From Hydrurus foetidus (Eukaryota), in contig UYFQ01000506.1 in assembly GCA_900617105.1 (NCBI GenBank), forward strand, positions 124,001 to 188,000: a DNA stretch of 64,000 nt. The letters are read 5' to 3'. Of the stretch, positions 58,068 through 64,000 are shown in pieces. How positions within the stretch are numbered: position 1 is the stretch's first letter; every line of letters starts with the position of its first letter. The position numbers were made by a program, and so were the translations under genes. The notes below the pieces were generated by a model that saw nothing but the letters and a program-made list of their open reading frames with translations, ran no database searches and was not told the DNA's origin.

Positions 58068-58897
58068 CAGTGGTTTTCCATGGCGTTGATCGACCAGTTA
58101 TAGGTGTCGCCCGCGATCCGGTCGACCTGGAGAAGGCGGGCCTTGAGGGGCGCTGCCGCATAGCCGGCGAGGTGGTCGATGACGCGTCGGTCAGAGCCGC
58201 CGAAATCGCTCGAATACCATTTGTAGATTGAAGACACAGTGAGCGCCGCGCCCTTGGAAAGCCACGCCGCGGGGATGATTGACATAGGCGCGTGCGGCGG
58301 CGTCCAGCGCCGGACCCAGTCCCGCACCCCGCCAGGCTTGCCGCGGCAGATTGGGGCAACTGAACGAGGCGCAGTTGACCGCGTAGTGGACGCGCGGATC
58401 CGACCATCCCTTGCGCAGAATGCCGTGCTCGATGTCGTCCAGCGAGAGGTCGACGCCGCGAACCCTGGCGACGGTCTTCTTCCACGGGCCGGCGGCGGCG
58501 GTGAGGAGCGAATGTCCCGGATCGACCTGACCGGCCAGGCGTCGATGACCTCGCGAAGCGTCAGGGCGTTGTAGAGATTGGCCCAGAAGGCGAACTGTTC
58601 CAGCCGGCTCGGGGCTCGGGGATCCAGAGCCGACAGGTGATCGATATAGCGGCCCAACCCGTCGCGGTCAGGGTTGGAGCGACGCCAGCCAGCATAGTCG
58701 ACCCGCACCACCCCGTTGCTGGAATCATGGACCCAACGCGCCAGCAGGGCGTCAAAGGCGGCGTGGTCCCCCGTGGCGCGCCCGGCTTGCGCGTTTGCGA
58801 AGACCGCCAGATCCCGGGCTGCGGCGGGATGGGCGACCAGACCCGTCGCGAGTCCGGCTCCGGCTATGATCAAGCCGCGTCTCTCCAGGTCGGCCAT
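58067..58897 (-). CDS. DUF547 protein with Tat-like signal (internal frameshifts)
   Basis: ERRGLI signal, VDY, AFWANLYNALT, SLDDIEH and DPRVHYAVNCAS in another frame, VSSIYKWY, YNWSIN. Confidence 0.88.
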   Translation of the reverse strand: MADLERRGLIIAGAGLATGLVAHPAAARDLAVFANAQAGRATGDHAAFDALLARWVHDSSNGVVRVDYAGWRRSNPDRDGLGRYIDHLSALDPRAPSRLEQFAFWANLYNALTLREVIDAWPVRSIRDIRSSPPPPARGRRPSPGFAASTSRWTTSSTAFCARDGRIRASTTRSTAPRSVAPICRGKPGGVRDWVRRWTPPHAPMSIIPAAWLSKGAALTVSSIYKWYSSDFGGSDRRVIDHLAGYAAAPLKARLLQVDRIAGDTYNWSINAMENH

Positions 58898-59065
58898 TCT
58901 CGGAACCTCGCAATTGCGAACCTTAGAGTCGGATGGTGTGTGATCGCAAGGCGACGTTGCCGCCGCAGGTTGGCTTGCGGGCGTTCAGGTCAGCGCTCGG
59001 ACCGTCTTCCCGGGCGACTAAAGTTTGGGCTGGCAGCTCCCCGATCGCCTCAAGAGCGCGCGCCG

Positions 59066-60482
59066 TCAGGGCGGCGATGCAAGCGCTGGTGCGCGTGAGA
59101 TCTGCGCGGCGTCACGCGCCTCAAGCGCCTTGCGGATCGTATCGTGCGCAGCCTTGTCCATGGTGTGACCGGCTATCAGGGCAGCGCCAGCCAGCGCTAA
59201 TAGGGCGGGCACGACGGCGAAGCTGACCGAGAGAACCAGGAGTGCCAGTGCCGCATTCTCGGCCCCCAGGTCAGCCTTGAACCCAAAAAACTCCAGCGCG
59301 CTGACGGACGCAAAAACCGCGCCGGCTGAGCCGATCTTTACGGCCCCGCTCAGCAAACCAAACATCAGACCGCTGCGATCCACGCCGCTCCTGAGGCGCT
59401 CTTCGTCACTCAGGTCGGCCATCATGGCGCGCAGCAATATTGGCCCCGCGCTGTAGGGCAGGCCGGCCAGGATCATGGTCACGATCCCCCAGACCAGGCC
59501 CTCTGGCGCGATCAACACCGATACCTGTGCGACGGCATAGGCGACTGCGGCGATGGCCAGGGCGCGATGCTTGCCGACCGCCTGTCCCAGCCGCCCCCAA
59601 AGCGGCGCGCCCAACAGTGCGCCGATAAAATAGAGCAGCAGCAGCAGGCCGGCTTCGGAACGGTCCCAGCCGCGGATGGCGTCAAAATAGAAGAAGAACA
59701 GGGTTCCGGCGATGACCGGGCCCGTGCCGAGAAGAATATCCGACGCCAGCAATCGCATGATCGATGGCCGGCGGATCAGATCCAGATAGTGGCGCCAGGT
59801 TGCAGCATTGGTGTTCGGCGGCGACTCCGGCTCGTGAATTGAAAGCAGCGCCAGAAGGATGGCCACGGGCAGGCTCAACACAACGAACCAGCCCATGGCC
59901 CGCACGCCTTGCCCGTAATCGAGCCCGAAACCGATTTTCATCAGCGGCGGCATGGCGAGCACAATGAGCATGCCCGCGACGGTGAAGCCCTGCCACCAAC
60001 TGAAGACGCGCGCGCGCTGCCCATATTCCGGAGCCAGTCGGGCCGCCCAGGTGACGTGCGCCATCGTCGCCATGGACTGGCCCAGAAACCCCAGGACCAG
60101 CCAGAACAGGATATAGTTTCCGTCGATGCCCGGGCGCGCCATGAACAGCATCCAGACCGCGAGGACGGCAATGGGCAGGCCGCCAACCAGCCAGGGCGAA
60201 CCGGCCGAAGCGCGTGTTGGTCCTGTCGATCAGGAACCCGAGGGTCGGATCCAGCCACAAATCGAAAAGTCGAACGATGCCGAAGGCTAGTCCGATAGCA
60301 CTCAGACTGACGCCCAGATCCGTGGCGTAGTAATTGGGAAGATAGACGACGACGGGCATGAGCATCGCCGCCACCGGAACGCAGGGCAGGGCAAAGGCCG
60401 CCAAGCGCCAGGTTCCTAGGGGCCTTTGGCCGCTGTTTGCGCCATCAGCGCGGATAGCCGGCGTCTGAAGTCCCTCCGCCAC
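59066..60482 (-). CDS. MFS transporter, glycoside-pentoside-hexuronide-like (frameshift near 60200)
   Basis: RLFDLWLDPTLGFLIDRT, WAARLAPEYGQRAR, AMMADLSD. Confidence 0.85.
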
Positions 60483-60487
60483 CGCCG

Positions 60488-61165
60488 CTAGTCGCCAAAA
60501 CCGACAAACACCGCCGCTTCCGCCACCGACTTGCGCTCGGACACCACGGCATTGGCCGGGAAGCTTTCATCCGGCCAGCCCAGGGCGATGCTTTTCATGA
60601 TCACCTGATCGTCGGCAATGCCGGCATGTTCGCGAACCACCGGTGACTGCATGATGCCCTGGCTATTGATCACCGCGCCAAGGCCGCGAGACCAGGCGGC
60701 ATTGACCAGGGCGGTGGCGACCGCGCCGCAGTCGAATGGCGTGTCGTCGCTGCCGTCGAGGACGCGATCATAGGTGATGATCACGCAGACCGGCGCGTCG
60801 AACTGGCGAAAGCCACGCAAGACCCAGTCCTGTCGGGCATCCTTGTCATCGCGCTCGATCCCCATCGCCGAGAACAGTTGCTTGGCGACCCCAACCTGTC
60901 TGTCGCGATGCTGGCCGGCAAAGGCCTGGCCTGTCCGAAACTCCCGGGACTGCGGCACGCCGGCGAGGGTTCGCTCAGTGTTGCCGGCGCGGATCCGCTC
61001 CAGCGGCTGACCCGTGATGATGTAGAAATTCCACGGCTGGGTGTTCATCGACGATGGCGCACGCATCGCCAGGCCGATGATCTCCTCAATCAGGGCTCGG
61101 GGAACGGGGTCGGGCTTGTAACCGCGGATGCTTCGGCGACCCAGGATAACGTCGTCAAACTGCAT
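60488..61165 (-). CDS. Nitroreductase family protein
   Basis: RRSIRGY, APSSMNTQPW, FDAPV, IALGWPD; likely start at Met 61165. Confidence 0.92.
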   Translation of the reverse strand: MQFDDVILGRRSIRGYKPDPVPRALIEEIIGLAMRAPSSMNTQPWNFYIITGQPLERIRAGNTERTLAGVPQSREFRTGQAFAGQHRDRQVGVAKQLFSAMGIERDDKDARQDWVLRGFRQFDAPVCVIITYDRVLDGSDDTPFDCGAVATALVNAAWSRGLGAVINSQGIMQSPVVREHAGIADDQVIMKSIALGWPDESFPANAVVSERKSVAEAAVFVGFGD

Positions 61166-61368
61166 AGGGGAATCCTGAACCAACGCGCCCAGCTTGGAGC
61201 CATCAGGATTTATGCGGCTGTGGCAGCGACGCGGCAACCCATGGCGCGTTTCATCAGGACCTTGCCCAGTCTTCAAGCCATCAGGCTCCTGTCGTCCGGC
61301 AGATCGAGGCGCGCCGTCGCGGCCCAGCTTGGTGGATTCATCAGGTTCTCGCTGGGCGCAACGCGCGG

Positions 61369-62726
61369 TCAAGCCATCCCCATTGCGGCCTTGGTCGCGA
61401 CCGCCGGTTTGGCCGCCATGCTTTTCGCCGCCAGACCGAAACAGATGACCGACGCCAACATGGCGACCGAAGCGCCTGCGCAGGCGATGTTCAGATTTTG
61501 GACCGGCCCAAATCTCTGGCTGAGGAGATCGCTGGCCGATCCGACGGCTAGGGGCCCAAGACCCAGACCAATCAAGCTTGTCAGGAAAACAGTATCGCCG
61601 AGGCGGTCGCGCGGACATTGGCGCTGGCCAGCACCTGAACCGACGCGAAAGTCGGCCCGTAGGCCATCGCGTGCAGGAAGACGCCAACCATCAGGGCGGC
61701 CAGGGCCAGCGTAAGGTTTGGCGCGAAGGGCATCAGGCCCAGGAACGGCATGGAGGCCAATAGGACAAACATCGGCTGTCGCGCATAGCCGGCGATGCCG
61801 CCGCGGGCGGCCCGGTCGGCCAGCCGGCCGCCGATCAATGTACCTGCGCCGCCGCCGAGTCCGATGATGAGTCCGAGGGCCAAACCGGCCATGCCTGCAG
61901 GACCCAGCCCAAGTTTTGCCCCCAGCAGTGTAAGCGCCTCGCCGTGATTGCGAAGGAATAGCGATCCGAAGAACGTAGACTGACCGTAGTAGGAAAATGA
62001 CGTCAGCGCGGCGGCGAAGGCGATAAGCCAGAATGCGGGCTTGCGCTTCAACTCGGCGAACGCGGCCATGAAGGACTGCAGACCTTTGATCTGCATGGCG
62101 AGCGCGGGGCGTAGGCGACGCGGCTCGCGCAGGGTGACAATGGCGAGGACCGCTACACCCAACCCGGGCAATCCGGCGGCCATGAAGGCCGCGCGCCAAC
62201 CAAGGCTGTCGACGATGAGTCCGCCCATCGCCAAGCCCAAAAGCGATCCGAGGGGAATTCCAAGGGAATAGAAAGCCAGGGCCGAAGCCAGTTTGGCGCG
62301 CGGTGTGAACTCGGAAATCAGCGAATGGGCCGCCGGTGTACAGCCAGCCTCGCCGATGCCGACCCCGATCCGCGCCAGAATGAGTTGCGGGAAAGAGCGA
62401 GCCAAGCCGCAGACTGCGGTAAATGCGCTCCAGACCGCCAACGAGATGGCGATCAGCCGAACGCGGTCCCCGCGGTCGGCGAGGCGCGCCATCGGCAGTC
62501 CCACCGCCGAATAGAAGAGAGCGAAGGCCAGGCCGCTGACCGCGCCGATCTGCCAGTCGGCGAGATGCAGTTCAGCCTTCATCGGTTCGGCCAGGATCGT
62601 GACGATCTGCCGATCGAGCATGTTGAGCGCGTAGATCAGCATCAACAGCACCAGGGCGTAGCGCCGATAGCCTGAGGACCACGCCGGTTGCTCGGTCGGG
62701 GATCCGATAGATGTCTCTTCAGCCAT
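61369..62726 (-). CDS. Spinster-like MFS transporter (frameshift near 61590)
   Basis: LNMLDRQIV, ARLADR, GVGIGEAGCTPAAHSLI, GLGLGPLAVG. Confidence 0.9.
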
Positions 62727-62908
62727 GGACCTGCTCGTTGCTTTTCAGATTCCTACGCTATGGAGGGCGTCAGACCGTGGGGCCCTCGCTGCCGCTGAAG
62801 GCGCTCAATATCGCCTATGTGATCTTGTTCCCTTGTACGAGCGCCGGGCTTGAGAACGGAATGCGCCGCGCCGACCAGTAGCCGCCTCGCTGGTGAGGGC
62901 CGCCCGCA

Positions 62909-64000
62909 ATGACCAATACGATCGCCGATTCACGCCGGGCACAGGCGCGCCGCACCGACGCCATTGTCGTTGGCGCAGGCTTTGGCGGACTGTACGCGGT
63001 TCATCGACTTCGGAGCGAAGGCCTGTCGGTGATTGGCCTGGAGGCGGGCGGTGATGTCGGCGGAACCTGGTATTGGAACCGCTACCCTGGCGCCCGCTGC
63101 GACGTCACGAGCATCGACTATAGCTACGCCTTTTCCGAGGCGATCGAGCAGGCCTGGACCTGGAGCGAAACCTTCGCGGCCGGTTCCGAGATCCTGGCCT
63201 ACGCCAATTTCGTCGCCGATCACCTGGACCTCAGGCCCGCCTACCTTTTCGACACGCGGGTGGAAGCCATCACCTTCGACGATGAGCGGCGCGTCTGGAC
63301 CCTGACCACAGCATGGCGACCGTTTCGAATCCGATTACCTGGTGATGGCCACCGGCCCGCTGTCCCTGCCCAAGCCCGTCGATATTCCGGGCGCTGACCG
63401 GTTCGAAGGCGAGCTTTATCGGTCGGGCAAGTGGCCCCATCACGAGGTCGATTTCCGGGGCAAGCGGGTGGGCCTGGTGGGCACCGGATCCTCCGGCATC
63501 CAGATCGCGCCTGTGGTCGCCGAGACCTGTCAGTCGCTAACGGTCTTCCAGCGCACGCCGAGCTTCACGCTCCCGATGCGCAACGCGGCCATTTCGGAGG
63601 ACTACGCCGTGCAGTTGAAGGCGAACATGGCCGGCCTTCGCGCGGTGGCGCGCACGACCTTCACCGGGGGGGTCCGGCCGCTCTCGACCCGCCCGCTGTT
63701 CAGCGTGACCGTCGAGGAGCGCAATGAACTCATGGAGGAGGCCTGGGCCAAGGGCGCGTTGCAGTTTCTGGGCCTGTTCTCTGATCTTCTGACCAACGCC
63801 GCGGCCAGCAGATCGTCGCCGACTTCGTGCGCGACAAGATCGGCCAGACGGTCAAGGACCCGGTGACGGCCGAGAAGCTCAAGCCGCGCGGCTATCCGAT
63901 CTATGCACGCAGGCCCTGTCTCGACACCCAGTATTGAGACGTTCAACGCGCCGCGTCTCACTGGTGGACTGCTTCGAGGAACCGATCGTCGAATTCACCC
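62909..64000 (+). CDS. Baeyer-Villiger-type flavin monooxygenase (3' partial, frameshifted)
   Basis: GAGFGG, GGTWYWNRYPGARCD, ATG, FEGELYRSGKWP, GTGSSG, VFQRTP. Confidence 0.9.

Noticed and set aside
61200..61350. Hammerhead ribozyme or TPP/fluoride riboswitch from CUGAUGA motifs
   Set aside because: The required stems and partner motifs could not be assembled by eye; kept only as an unexplained repeat

Overview
High-GC alphaproteobacterial chromosomal segment; gene content and style look Caulobacter-like (inferred, not proven). Many genes carry small indels, most likely uncorrected long-read errors, so several real genes are split or falsely fused in the ORF track. Layout: (1) 1-6.86 kb, right end of an integrated element with terminase, a low-GC cargo gene, capsid, prohead protease, portal, head-tail connector, excisionase and tyrosine integrase but no tail genes in the window, ending at a tRNA-Leu(UAA) that lacks its T-arm; it resembles a capsid-forming phage satellite. 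(2) 7-16.7 kb, ordinary genes (cytochrome c, amidohydrolase, metN/metI/metQ, HxlR/NmrA pair, PQQ sugar dehydrogenase, PAS-HWE kinase). (3) 16.8-41.8 kb, catabolic island with kynureninase, a complete 3-hydroxyanthranilate meta-cleavage pathway, a LysR regulator and a large unexplained upper module (NadX-like dehydrogenase, FAH hydrolase, VOC proteins, NMT1-type ABC system, alpha/beta hydrolase, TonB receptor, secreted repeat protein); its promoters share an operator-like architecture. (4) 41.9-50.5 kb, ECF sigma/FecR/TonB signalling module divergent from a 'thermostable hemolysin'/AMP-ligase/heme-oxygenase-like diiron enzyme/SDR/TPR operon, a candidate orphan biosynthetic cluster. (5) 50.7-58.9 kb, MTA phosphorylase, CofC-like transferase, GT2, radical SAM, DUF1499, two flavoproteins, TVP38 and DUF547: an arsenosugar-like cluster with no methyltransferase in the window, from which a full nucleoside-to-glycoside route can be proposed. 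(6) 59-64 kb, two MFS transporters, a nitroreductase and a partial Baeyer-Villiger-type monooxygenase with an atypical fingerprint. All family calls come from motif recognition by eye; no database search was run.
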